NCBI GenBank assembly: GCA_041576165.1
Contig: JBFGLM010000009.1
Coordinates: 50,441 to 114,440 of the forward strand
Direction: 5' to 3'
DNA length: 64,000 nt
Source of the DNA: Acidimicrobiia bacterium
Lineage (GTDB): Bacteria; Actinomycetota; Acidimicrobiia; Spongiisociales; Spongiisociaceae
Shown piece after piece: positions 38,610-48,029 of the stretch (position 1 is the stretch's first letter; each line of letters opens with the position of its first letter). Under the pieces are notes generated by a model, which saw nothing but the letters and a program-made list of their open reading frames with translations, was not told where the DNA came from and did no database searches. A program made the translations under genes and the position numbers.

Positions 38610-39979
38610 GGCCACTCGTCAGACTCGTCCTGGCGCTCGGTGGTCGCACGAGCGACCGCCAGGTCGACCATCTCCGCCGCTGCATGTACCGGAGGCGTGT
38701 CCAACAGCTCCTCGATCGCCTCGAGAGTCAGGTGCTCGGCGAGTGCGGGTTGGGACAGGATGGTTTCTTTCAAGTCACGCCCTGCCGACCAGCCGTCGCG
38801 CAGCGCGCTGAACAGCGCGTCCTGGGCACGGTGCTTGCCCAGCGATGTTGCCAGGGTTGCCAGTACCGCTTCTGATGCCCAGTAACCTCGAGTCTGATCG
38901 AGGTTGCGCCGCATGGCGTGCGGATCGACGTCGAGACTGCCCACGAGGTCCCGAGTGATCCGCAGCGAGGCACCCGTCAGGAGGCAGATCTCGGGAAACG
39001 CCACCCACTCCACCTTCCATCCTCGCCCGTCACGCTCGTGGCTCTGTACCGATCCGTCCAGAATCGTCTGCGCATGGGAACGGATCAGCCGCCCGAGGGT
39101 GACGAGGTGCTCGGATCCTTCCGGGTTGCGTTTGTGGGGCATAGTGATGCTGCCGACCGCCGCTGTGGAGCCGGCTTCGCCGAACTCGCCGATCTCCGGA
39201 CGTTGGAGCTCATAGATTTCGTCGCCGATCCGAGCGAGGGTTGTGGCGATCATCGCCATGAGCAGACTGAATTCGACGACCCGGTCGCGGGTGGTCGTCC
39301 AGGAGACCACGGGGTCGAACAGCCCCAGCAGGCTGCAGTAATCGGCGCGTACCGCCAGGCCGTGGTCGCCGAAGAACGCAAGAGTGCCGACAGAACCGGC
39401 GAGTTGGCCGACCAGCCACCTGGTCTGACCCTCTCTCAACCGATGCAGGTGACGACGTATCTCGTCGGCCCAGGTTGCGATTTTGAAGCCGGCCGTGATC
39501 GGGGACCCAATCTGTCCGTGTGTCCGGCCGGCCATGACCGTGGATCGGTGGCGGACCGCCATATCGAGGAGGTCCTTCTCGATTGCGCGCAGGTCGCGCC
39601 ACGCGACGGCGCCCATTCGTTTCATCGTCAGTGCGGCCCACGTGTCGGTGATGTCCTGCACGGTGGCGCCGTAGTACACGTACTGCGAGACGTCGGGAGG
39701 CAGCACCTGCTCGAGTCCCCGAATCAGGCCCAGCGTGGAATGAGACGTCGCCCGGGTTTCGGCTGCGATGTAGTCGAGGTCGAGACGATCCGTGTGGGCG
39801 TGGGTCGCGATCTGGGCGGCGGCTGCGTGCGGGATCAGCCCGTTCTTCGCCTGCGCATCGGCAAGCGCTACCAGGATGTCAAGCCAGGCGTCCAACCGCC
39901 CGGCCTCGCTGAAATGATCGCGCAACTCGTCCGTTCCCCAGAGGTGCGCATACATGCTGGAGTCAGCGATGCGGGACAT
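38606..39979 (-). CDS. Adenylosuccinate-lyase/PcaB-like enzyme; candidate XcbD
   Basis: GATVQDITDT, MAGRTHGQ, GSITMPHKRNP, HERDG. ATG 39979. Confidence 0.87.
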   Translation of the reverse strand: MSRIADSSMYAHLWGTDELRDHFSEAGRLDAWLDILVALADAQAKNGLIPHAAAAQIATHAHTDRLDLDYIAAETRATSHSTLGLIRGLEQVLPPDVSQYVYYGATVQDITDTWAALTMKRMGAVAWRDLRAIEKDLLDMAVRHRSTVMAGRTHGQIGSPITAGFKIATWADEIRRHLHRLREGQTRWLVGQLAGSVGTLAFFGDHGLAVRADYCSLLGLFDPVVSWTTTRDRVVEFSLLMAMIATTLARIGDEIYELQRPEIGEFGEAGSTAAVGSITMPHKRNPEGSEHLVTLGRLIRSHAQTILDGSVQSHERDGRGWKVEWVAFPEICLLTGASLRITRDLVGSLDVDPHAMRRNLDQTRGYWASEAVLATLATSLGKHRAQDALFSALRDGWSAGRDLKETILSQPALAEHLTLEAIEELLDTPPVHAAAEMVDLAVARATTERQDESDEWP

Positions 39980-39980
39980 G

Positions 39981-40892
39981 TCACCGTGGCGACGGGTCGA
40001 CCGGCTGCGAGGCCTCGGCTCGGGGGGAGCTCGACGCACTCCCGGCCAGCGCGACTGCGGCCTCCAGCCCGGCCCGCACGCCGTCCAGCGTCGATCCCCA
40101 AGGAACGTAAACCGTGCCACTGCGCACTTCCATGCCCGATTCGAGCAAGCAGCATTTTGTGAGGATGACTGCGCCATCGGGTGCTGGCCGCCGCTTCGGG
40201 CAGAAATCGACGATCGGAGCGGCCTCGCCGTAGAACCACGTGTGGATCTGCTGAGACCGGGTGCAGCCAATCAAGGTCCAGTCGCGCTTGGGAGGGCGCT
40301 GATCGAGATAACTGATGTCGGCGCGGCCTCGGTCGGACGCCGCGCCCGCACACGGTAGGAGGTACGGACCGTCTCCCACGATGAGGGCGTCCAGATCCTG
40401 GATGTCGGCGATCAGCCGGATCGGGGGGAGATCCTCGGAGACGTCGATGATCCGTTGTGCTTGGTTCAACAACTTCGCCGGATGGGGTGGAGTCACGTCC
40501 CGTATGACGATCTCCAGGGGTTGGGGATCCACGATGAAGCTCACATGTTCATATGCGCCGACGACGACGACGCAGCGCCTGCCCGGCGCCTCTCGGTGGG
40601 CGACCGCCGCCAGGTTCGACGGGATGCCCGTATCGAGGTCGGGATCCCGAACCAGAACGGTTTCTTCAGGACTGGCGACCAGCTCCACCCGAGTCACGGG
40701 GGAGAACAGTGGCTCCTCCGAAGCCTTGTCTACCGCGATCAGCGCGGTGTCGTCGCCGGAGATCACCACGATGTATGACGTACGTCGGTACACCTCACGC
40801 CCGGTGAAGAATTGTTCCAGCGCGTCGGGGTGGAGATCGAAATCGACTTCGGACACGGCAACGTTGCGGTACTGGTCGGGAGTGAGGTTCAT
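39981..40892 (-). CDS. Uncharacterised Cys/His-rich protein
   Basis: 303-aa ORF tightly linked on both sides (ATGA overlap with comA, 1-nt gap to the lyase). Motifs EHVSF, LPC, GCTRSQQIH, FCP, KCCLLE. Confidence 0.8.
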   Translation of the reverse strand: MNLTPDQYRNVAVSEVDFDLHPDALEQFFTGREVYRRTSYIVVISGDDTALIAVDKASEEPLFSPVTRVELVASPEETVLVRDPDLDTGIPSNLAAVAHREAPGRRCVVVVGAYEHVSFIVDPQPLEIVIRDVTPPHPAKLLNQAQRIIDVSEDLPPIRLIADIQDLDALIVGDGPYLLPCAGAASDRGRADISYLDQRPPKRDWTLIGCTRSQQIHTWFYGEAAPIVDFCPKRRPAPDGAVILTKCCLLESGMEVRSGTVYVPWGSTLDGVRAGLEAAVALAGSASSSPRAEASQPVDPSPR

Positions 40893-41665
40893 GAGGCGTC
40901 GCCGCCCGGGGTCAAACCCTCGCCGAGCGTGTCGGCCCGGAGGCCGCGCCGGAGCGCCTCGAGCGCCAGCACTCCGTCGGGTGCAATGTTGCCGAGGGAC
41001 ACATTGGATCCGAACGCACGGATGAAGGCGACCTGCTGATGCGTTTGGGGAGCTTCGAACACGACCCGATCGAGCGGGACTGCGTTGACAATGGAATCAA
41101 CGATGTTCCAGCGCAGTGATCCGTCTGATGAGTAGAGACCCGCAGTGCCGCTCTGCCTGCCCTCGGCGATGAGCCAGCTGGCGCCCGCGTCGAGGTCCTC
41201 GCTCATCTCGTGTGCCCAGGTTTCTGGTTCCATCGTCTCGGAGGGATCCTTGCTGCCGGCTTCGGCCAACACCTGGAACCGGCCGGAGGCCCGCTCGATC
41301 AGCTCTCGTTTGGCCGCCCGACCTATGCGGCCGAGGCTGTCGGAGACCTCGAGGCACGGGAACCCGATATCTCGCGCCCAGGCGAGACATTCGTCGGTGC
41401 TCGACTCCAGCCAGGCCGCTTCGAGTAGCGTGCCGCCAACACAGGCGAGGACGCCAGCGTCCCGAAGGAGCTGCACCTTCTTGTCGATGGTTGGGTCGAG
41501 AAAGCTCGTTCCAAACCCGAACTTCCAGATGTCGGTGTACTCGGCGGTGACGTCGAGCAATCCCCGGACGTGCTCGATGGGGACGCCCGTGTCGATGACG
41601 TGGGTGAGCCCCGACAGGCGCGGCTTCGCCGTGCGGTCGCGCCGGCCAACCGACCAGGGCGTCAC
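40889..41665 (-). CDS. comA: Phosphosulfolactate synthase (ComA/XcbB family)
   Basis: KPRLSGLTHVIDTG, DIWKFGFGTS, GGTLLE, EVSD, EAGSKD, EGRQSG, FEAP, FGSNVSLGNI, LEALRRGLRADT. AGGAG SD before GTG 41665. Confidence 0.92.
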   Translation of the reverse strand: MTPWSVGRRDRTAKPRLSGLTHVIDTGVPIEHVRGLLDVTAEYTDIWKFGFGTSFLDPTIDKKVQLLRDAGVLACVGGTLLEAAWLESSTDECLAWARDIGFPCLEVSDSLGRIGRAAKRELIERASGRFQVLAEAGSKDPSETMEPETWAHEMSEDLDAGASWLIAEGRQSGTAGLYSSDGSLRWNIVDSIVNAVPLDRVVFEAPQTHQQVAFIRAFGSNVSLGNIAPDGVLALEALRRGLRADTLGEGLTPGGDAS

Positions 41666-41779
41666 GTGCCGTCTCCTATACTCAACGTCTGTGCACTTTA
41701 CTACCATCGTAGAGCGGCCAACCGGGGTCCGACCGGACCGGTGCACCCTGGGTTCATGCTACGAGCCCTGCAGTCTCCC

Positions 41780-42730
41780 ATGACCGACCTGGAGCACGTG
41801 GTCGCCGCGTTCCGTGACCATGCCGGGGTTGCCCAGAAAGCGCCGATCCGGGTTGTGTCCGACCTGGTGGGCACGAGCGATTGGCTCACAGGGCCCGGTG
41901 ACGACGCGGCGTTCGTGCCGACGGGCGGCGGGCGCATCGTCGTCGGAGGCGAGGCCATGTTTCCGCCTTTCGTCGACGCCGACCCTCGCGGAGCCGGCTT
42001 TGCGGCGGTACTCACCAACGTGAACGACCTGGCGGCAATGGGGGCGGTGCCGCTCGGCATTCTGGATACGATCGTGGGGCCGGCAGATGTGGCGCAGCTG
42101 GTCCTCGCCGGAATGCGTGACGCCAGCGCCATGTACCAGGTGCCGATCATCGGCGGTCATCTGACGGTGCGCGATGGGCCGGCGGCGGTTTCGGCGTTTG
42201 GTATTGGAGAGGCGAGCGAGCTGCTGTCGGTGCGCAACGTCGAGCCGGGCCAGGCCATTCTCCTGGCGTGCGCACTGGACGGAACCATGCGAGAAGATTT
42301 CCCCTTCTTCGCCTCTTTCGAGCAGCGGCGTGATCAGATGGCCGGGGACGTGCGCACGCTGGCCGAGGTCGCCCGCTCCAAAGGAGCAGCGGCTGCCAAG
42401 GACGTGAGCATGGCCGGGCTGCTTGGATCGCTCGCCATGTTGCTGGAGGCACGTCAGGCGGGCGCCCTCGTCGACCTCGGGGCGATCCCGGTACCGGTCG
42501 GGGTGCCGATCGAGCAGTGGCTCATCTCGTTCCCGGCCTATGCCTTCTTGCTTTGTACAGACCGAAGTCTCGTCGATCATTGTCGCCGTCCCTTCCTGGA
42601 CCGGGGGCTGACGTGCGATGTGATTGGTGAGGTGACCGATTCGGGAGCGCTCGTGGTAGCAAGCGGAGACGTGCGCGCAACGGTTGTGCAGTTCCCGGAT
42701 GACGCGTTGACCGGAATCGCCCCCCTGTAG
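41780..42730 (+). CDS. AIR-synthase-related (PurM/ThiL/HypE fold) protein, Sll0787/NitF type
   Basis: GPGDDAA, NVNDLAAMGAVP, IIGGHL, KDVSMAGLLGS. Confidence 0.88.
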   Translation: MTDLEHVVAAFRDHAGVAQKAPIRVVSDLVGTSDWLTGPGDDAAFVPTGGGRIVVGGEAMFPPFVDADPRGAGFAAVLTNVNDLAAMGAVPLGILDTIVGPADVAQLVLAGMRDASAMYQVPIIGGHLTVRDGPAAVSAFGIGEASELLSVRNVEPGQAILLACALDGTMREDFPFFASFEQRRDQMAGDVRTLAEVARSKGAAAAKDVSMAGLLGSLAMLLEARQAGALVDLGAIPVPVGVPIEQWLISFPAYAFLLCTDRSLVDHCRRPFLDRGLTCDVIGEVTDSGALVVASGDVRATVVQFPDDALTGIAPL

Positions 42731-42740
42731 AGTCCAGCGG

Positions 42741-43268
42741 CTACGGCGTGAGCGGGATCCGCATCAGTTGGTGCATCACGCCGTAGGCGGGTGCCGGTTG
42801 CCCGTCCTGGTGCCAGCCGAGGTGCTCGAAGAACCGGACGTTCGAGAGCTGCACGGTCGCGATCATCTCCGCACCCCCGAGCCGGCCGGCCGTGCGCACT
42901 GCGGTCTGGACCAGGCGCTTGCCCACGACCATCCGGCGGAACGCCGGAAGGACGGCGAGCCGGTCGCCCTTCCACAGCCCGTCATCATCGATCGGATAGA
43001 TCCTGACGGTGCCGGCGGCGACGCCCTGCACATCGGCCACGAGGTGGACGGACGATTCGTCGCGGTCGTGGGCGTCTTCGTCTGTGCCCGCAAAGATCTC
43101 CTGTTCGACGACGAAGACCTCGTGCCGGAGCCGGGCGCATATCGATCGTTCCTCAGACGTTGCCGCAGGGCGGCACACAACCTCGGGCCGCCCTCTGGTG
43201 AGCGGCTCGAGGTCAATTGACGGATCGAACGGGGATACGAGTTCGGTCGCGGTCCGCTGACGGCTCAC
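42741..43268 (-). CDS. GNAT N-acetyltransferase, MSMEG_0567/Sll0786 (NitE) type
   Basis: LRHEVFVVEQEIF..D.DAHD, GTVRI, RLAV, ATVQLSNVRFF. Confidence 0.88.
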   Translation of the reverse strand: MSRQRTATELVSPFDPSIDLEPLTRGRPEVVCRPAATSEERSICARLRHEVFVVEQEIFAGTDEDAHDRDESSVHLVADVQGVAAGTVRIYPIDDDGLWKGDRLAVLPAFRRMVVGKRLVQTAVRTAGRLGGAEMIATVQLSNVRFFEHLGWHQDGQPAPAYGVMHQLMRIPLTP

Positions 43269-44385
43269 GGCGGCGGTACTCCTCTTCGATCAGGCTCATC
43301 CCGGAGCATGCCTGGCACCGGGCGCAGCCGGCCGAGACGGTCCAGGATCCGATTCCCCGATCCACCAGGTAGGGCACGACCCGGCGATAGATCGATTCCG
43401 TGTACGCGGCATCTGGCGGCAGCAGGTCCTCGAGCAGGCTTCCTGGAACGGGCCGGAGCGGGACAATGAACGGGTAGACCCCCATGTCGATCGCCCGTTT
43501 GCAGCCCGCCACGGTCAGGTCGGGATCCTCGCCCATCCCCAGAATCACATAGGTCGATACCTGGCCTTCACCAAAGACGTCGACCGCTCGCTCCCAGGCC
43601 GCGAAGTACCCCTCGATTCCGGTTCGCGCCTTCGGCGGCGCCACATTCGCGAGCGTCTTGGGATCGAATGATTCGACATGAATCCCGACTGCACCGACAC
43701 CCATGTCGCGGAGCCGATCGAGGGTGTCGAGGTCGTCGGGCGGCTCAAACTGAGCCTCGACCGGAAGACCGCTGGCGTCGTGCATTGCCTGGGCGCACTT
43801 GCCCAAGTAGAGCGCGCCCTTGTCGTGTCCGTACGTGCTGCCCGTCGTCAGCGTGATGTCGACTGCACCGTCGAGCTCCTTGGCCGCCACGGCCACCTCA
43901 GCCAGATGCTCCGGGCGCTTCGCCGGGATCGTGTTGCCGGACTCGAGCGACAGCTCGATCCCGCAGAACTTGCATTGATCGCTCGTGTTCCAGTAGGCGC
44001 ATTTCTGGACAACCGTGCTGGCTAATGAATCCAGATGCAGCAGTGCGATCTTCCAGTATGGGATACCGTCTTCGGTGCTCATGTCGTAGAACTTGGGCCG
44101 CGGGGCGACTTCCGCCGATGCCAGACGTTCCGGTCCTTTGAAGATGCCCCAGCTACCCAGCAGATCCTGGCGCAACACGTACGGCGAGTCCTTGACGAAA
44201 TCTGCGCCTACCGGTGCGGTGACGTAGACGCCTTCGATGCTGATCATCCCGGCGTCGGATGGCCCGGCGCCGCCGACGCGGGTGGTATCGGCGCTGCGCT
44301 CGATGCGCAGGCCGACACTCTGGATGTCTGCGATCAGCGGCGCCAGCTCGGGCCGCATCGCGGAATGGCTACCAGGCTGCGCCAT
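43213..44385 (-). CDS. Radical SAM protein, MSMEG_0568 (NitD) family
   Basis: GGAGPSD, DGIPYWKIALLH, atypical Cx8CxxC (CAYWNTSDQCKFC), GVYPFIVP, C-terminal GCARCQACS. Confidence 0.92.
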   Translation of the reverse strand: MAQPGSHSAMRPELAPLIADIQSVGLRIERSADTTRVGGAGPSDAGMISIEGVYVTAPVGADFVKDSPYVLRQDLLGSWGIFKGPERLASAEVAPRPKFYDMSTEDGIPYWKIALLHLDSLASTVVQKCAYWNTSDQCKFCGIELSLESGNTIPAKRPEHLAEVAVAAKELDGAVDITLTTGSTYGHDKGALYLGKCAQAMHDASGLPVEAQFEPPDDLDTLDRLRDMGVGAVGIHVESFDPKTLANVAPPKARTGIEGYFAAWERAVDVFGEGQVSTYVILGMGEDPDLTVAGCKRAIDMGVYPFIVPLRPVPGSLLEDLLPPDAAYTESIYRRVVPYLVDRGIGSWTVSAGCARCQACSGMSLIEEEYRRREPSADRDRTRIPVRSVN

Positions 44386-45229
44386 AGAGCTCCTCGAAGT
44401 TTTGATGGAACACCCGGTTCTTCAGCTCCTCGCTGACGTCGGTGCCCTCGATCTTCCAGTACTCGCCCCAGAAGTCGCTCCAAGGCTCATCCGAGGCGAA
44501 CAGCACCCGGTCCTCGCCGACCCCCCGCTTCTCGATTTCGTGGAGCAACCACCGGGTGCCGAACCCGACGGTCCAAGTCGTATCGGCATAGACCTTGTAG
44601 CCCTCTTCAACCCAGTCGAGGAAGCGGGGCACCAGTTTGATGTGCCCGCTCACGCCACCGCCGAAATGTACAAGGTACATCTTCACGCGTTTGCCGTACT
44701 CCTCGACCAGGGGGATGTAGTTGTTGATGTCCGACCCGCCGCCGGGGCTCGTGTGGAAGTGGAACACCAGGTCGTGCTCTTCGGCCGCATCGAAACAAGC
44801 ATCCGCCACTTCGCGCGTGTCATCGTCCCATTCGTTCGGGTTCGGGTTTCCGCCCAGGAGGAACGTCGTCTTGAGTGCGACCACCCGGCCCTCGCCGGCA
44901 TGGCCGAGCGATTCGAGCGTCATGTCCTTGTTCTGTGGAAGGAACGAGACCCACAGCGCGCCCGCCAGCCGGTCGCTGGTCGTCACCGCGTCGAGCATGA
45001 CCTCGTTCAGCGAGAACGGCTGCGACTGGACGGGGATTCCGTAATTGGGGATCACCAGACCCCGCTCAACGCCATACGAATCCAGATGTTTGATATAGGC
45101 CGCCGTGTCCGGAAAGTCATAGACGGTGGGGCTCACCGGTTCCTTCAAGTCGTAGAACTGCCACGGTTCCATGGCGCCGATGTGGCTGTGTCCGTCGATC
45201 ACTGGTCGGGATACCTTCGGGGAACTCAT
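44369..45229 (-). CDS. Metal-dependent amidohydrolase (TIM barrel)
   Basis: IDGHSHIG, HFHT, VHFGGG, LFASDEPW. GGAGG SD. Confidence 0.88.
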   Translation of the reverse strand: MSSPKVSRPVIDGHSHIGAMEPWQFYDLKEPVSPTVYDFPDTAAYIKHLDSYGVERGLVIPNYGIPVQSQPFSLNEVMLDAVTTSDRLAGALWVSFLPQNKDMTLESLGHAGEGRVVALKTTFLLGGNPNPNEWDDDTREVADACFDAAEEHDLVFHFHTSPGGGSDINNYIPLVEEYGKRVKMYLVHFGGGVSGHIKLVPRFLDWVEEGYKVYADTTWTVGFGTRWLLHEIEKRGVGEDRVLFASDEPWSDFWGEYWKIEGTDVSEELKNRVFHQNFEELYGAAW

Positions 45230-45555
45230 GAACCATCCTCCCTCGATCGCCAGGTGAGTGCCCCTTCGTGCCGGTGGCGGGGCTCACCGGGTAGGTCGCT
45301 GCGAAAATGCCCGGCTGCCAGCTGCCGAGGTGGCCATTTACTTTCCGCAACGTCCATCTTCTATCTGACACACACTATAAACCACTGGTCCCTGTGGCTG
45401 CAGTGACGGCAGTGCCGCCGGTACACGCTGTACGTGCCGAGCTCGGCGCCGATTCCGGCCCACAATTGTGGGACCGGCATCAACTATCCTCAACATTGCA
45501 TGGCTTTTGGTGGACGGCGCGGCGACGGGTGCTGCGATTCGGGACGAGACTCCCG

Positions 45556-46494
45556 ATGAGCACGGTGGTAGTGGCGCTCGGGGGCAACGCCCTCATCAAG
45601 CAGGGCGAGTCCGGCACGTACGAGGAACTCACAGCCAACGCCGATCAGATGGCGGCCGCGGTGGCCCAGGTCGCTGCGGCGGGGTTTCGTGTTGTCGTCA
45701 CTCACGGCAACGGGCCGCAGGTCGGAAACCTGGCCATCCAGCACCACCAATCGGCCGACACGGTCCCGGCGCTGCCCCTCCACCTGATCGGTGCGATGAC
45801 GCAGGGTTATCTCGGGAGCCTCATCGTGAGGGCGCTGGCCGATCGACTGCCGCAGCTCCGTGACCGATTGGTGGCGATCGTGACCCACGCACTGGTTGAT
45901 CTAGACGCGCCCGGCTCGGCCCAACCGACCAAGCCAATCGGACCATATCTGACGGCAGCCGAGGCAGAACAGGCCAGCGCGATGGGCTGGACGGTGGCGG
46001 AGGATGCGGGCCGCGGACTCCGCCGGATCGTCTCGTCTCCGCTGCCGCTGGGCATTGTGGAAGCTGCGGCGATCCGAACCCTCGTCGAGCAGGATTTTGT
46101 GGTGGTTGCCGGTGGCGGTGGCGGGATCCCGACCGCGGAGACGGACGCCGGGCTCGTAGGAGTGGATGCGGTGATCGACAAGGACCGACTGGCAGTGCAC
46201 ATCGCACGGTGCGTTGACGCCGACGCCCTGGCGCTGGTCACCAGCGTCGACCGGGTCTTGGTCGGTTTCGGGACGCCCGACCAACACCCCGTGGCCGAAC
46301 TCACGACGGCCGAGGCACGAACCCACCTCGCTGGCGGCGAGTTTCCGCCCGGAAGTATGGGTCCGAAGATAGAAGCTGCGATCGACTTCGTTGAAGGTGG
46401 AGGCGGCTACGCCATAATCACCTCGGCCGCCCGCCTGTCGGATGCCCTGGCCGGGGAGGGAGGCACTCGAGTGGTGAGTTCGTCCCGCCCATGA
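45556..46494 (+). CDS. arcC: Carbamate kinase
   Basis: VVALGGNAL, THGNGPQVG, PTKPIGP, GGGGIP, AVIDKD, GSMGPKIEA. Confidence 0.95.
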   Translation: MSTVVVALGGNALIKQGESGTYEELTANADQMAAAVAQVAAAGFRVVVTHGNGPQVGNLAIQHHQSADTVPALPLHLIGAMTQGYLGSLIVRALADRLPQLRDRLVAIVTHALVDLDAPGSAQPTKPIGPYLTAAEAEQASAMGWTVAEDAGRGLRRIVSSPLPLGIVEAAAIRTLVEQDFVVVAGGGGGIPTAETDAGLVGVDAVIDKDRLAVHIARCVDADALALVTSVDRVLVGFGTPDQHPVAELTTAEARTHLAGGEFPPGSMGPKIEAAIDFVEGGGGYAIITSAARLSDALAGEGGTRVVSSSRP

Positions 46495-48029
46495 GCAGCA
46501 GCGTTCGTGTCCTCGAGAACACCTATGTCGACTCCGTGAAGCTGCTGGCCGGCACGCGAGCGATTCTCGCAACCAGCGGCATCGAGTGGGGAGCGGTCCT
46601 CACCGGGACGCCTGCCAACCGTGAACTACTGATCGATGCTGGTTTCGATCCGGCGGAACTATCAGGCTTTGGCGCCAACGATCTCGTGATGGCGGCCCGT
46701 GGACGTGCTGCGGATGAGGGCTTTCAGGCGGCCGAGGAAGCGATGTTCGCAGGCCCATCGTCCGCCTCGAGTTTCGCCGGACCCGTCACCAGAAGCCTCG
46801 ACGAGTTCGCCGACGGCCGGCCGAGGCCCAATCTCGCAGTGATCTCGGTTGCCGGACCGTACGCGGCTCTCGAAGCGCACAAAGCACTCAGCGCCGAGAT
46901 GGACGTTCTGCTGTTCAGCGACAACGTACCTCTCGAAGACGAAGTCGCCTTGAAGGATCGGGCTGCCGCCCTTTCTCGATTCGTGATGGGACCGGGGGCC
47001 GGTACTGCCCTCATTGACGGAGTCGGTCTCGGCTTCGCCAACGCCGTCCGTCGGGGCAAGATCGGGGTGGTGGCGGCGGCCGGAACCGGCGCGCAAGAAG
47101 TGATGAGTTTGATCCATCGGGCCGGCCTGGGCGTCTCTCAGGTCATCGGCGTTGGTGGTCGGGACCTCGGTGAGGCGGTGGGAGGCCGGATGACCGCGCA
47201 GGCGATCAAAGCCCTCGAGGCGGATGAGGCCACACAGGTGATCCTGCTGGTTTCAAAGCCCCCGTCCCCAGAAGTCGCTGCCCGAATCCTGAATCGACCC
47301 GGCAGCAAGGCGCTGGTCGCGAGCTTGATCGGCCTCGACACCCCATTGGATGTGGCGCAGCATGTCATGGTTACCACCGATCTCGAGTCGGGTGTGGAGG
47401 CGGCAGTCGCAGCTGCGGGGGGCCGTTTCGAGCCCGCCTCGGCTGAGCTGGTGGAGTCGGTCGACGCGGTGGCCCTATCCATCGACGATGCACGATCGAC
47501 TATCCGAGGGTTGTTCTCGGGCGGCACGATGTGCTTCGAAGCGCTGACGCTGCTGGCCGAGCAAGGACTCTCGGTTCACTCCAACACCCCACTCCGTCCC
47601 GAGCTGTCGCTCGACGAGGCCGGACCCGACAGCCACATCTGCCTCGACCTGGGCGAGGAGGAGTACACGCGGGGGCGGCCGCATCCGATGATCGACCCCG
47701 AGGCGCGCGCCGAGCTGATCGTCCGAGAAAGTACGTTTCCGGAGACGGCGGTGGTAGTCATCGACGTCGTCCTCGGCTACGGCAGCCACCCGGACCCGGC
47801 CGGACAGCTGGCGCCGGCCTGCGCGGAGGTGACGGAGATCACAGGCGGGCCTCAGGTGATTGCGTACGTGCTGGGCACCGACGAAGACCCGCAGCGACTG
47901 ACCGACCAGCGCCGGAAGCTGGAGGAGGCCGGTTGCATCGTCGCGCCGACCAATGCCCGGGCCGCCCTGGCCGCCGCCGCGATCAGCCTGAGGCGCCCAG
48001 AGGTGGCCGGATTTCGGAGAGGGACATGA
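46491..48029 (+). CDS. fdrA: FdrA family protein (AllF-like, succinyl-CoA synthetase alpha-like)
   Basis: YVDSVKL, GTPAN, FSDNV, MGPGAGT, GFAN, GVGGRDL, GLFSGGT, DLGEEEYTRGRPHPMIDP, GYGSHPDP, GTDEDPQ. Confidence 0.92.
   Translation: MSSSVRVLENTYVDSVKLLAGTRAILATSGIEWGAVLTGTPANRELLIDAGFDPAELSGFGANDLVMAARGRAADEGFQAAEEAMFAGPSSASSFAGPVTRSLDEFADGRPRPNLAVISVAGPYAALEAHKALSAEMDVLLFSDNVPLEDEVALKDRAAALSRFVMGPGAGTALIDGVGLGFANAVRRGKIGVVAAAGTGAQEVMSLIHRAGLGVSQVIGVGGRDLGEAVGGRMTAQAIKALEADEATQVILLVSKPPSPEVAARILNRPGSKALVASLIGLDTPLDVAQHVMVTTDLESGVEAAVAAAGGRFEPASAELVESVDAVALSIDDARSTIRGLFSGGTMCFEALTLLAEQGLSVHSNTPLRPELSLDEAGPDSHICLDLGEEEYTRGRPHPMIDPEARAELIVRESTFPETAVVVIDVVLGYGSHPDPAGQLAPACAEVTEITGGPQVIAYVLGTDEDPQRLTDQRRKLEEAGCIVAPTNARAALAAAAISLRRPEVAGFRRGT

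Noticed and set aside
36142-39979. Calling the lyases argH and purB, or an N-N bond biosynthesis cassette
   Set aside because: Active-site motifs are diverged and no arg/pur genes or CreE-like monooxygenase are nearby. The comA plus PLP-enzyme context fits the Xcb pathway better.
45230-45400. Guanidine riboswitch upstream of the amidohydrolase
   Set aside because: No paired ACGR hairpins or ykkC-type consensus recognisable by eye. Kept only as an unassigned structured leader.
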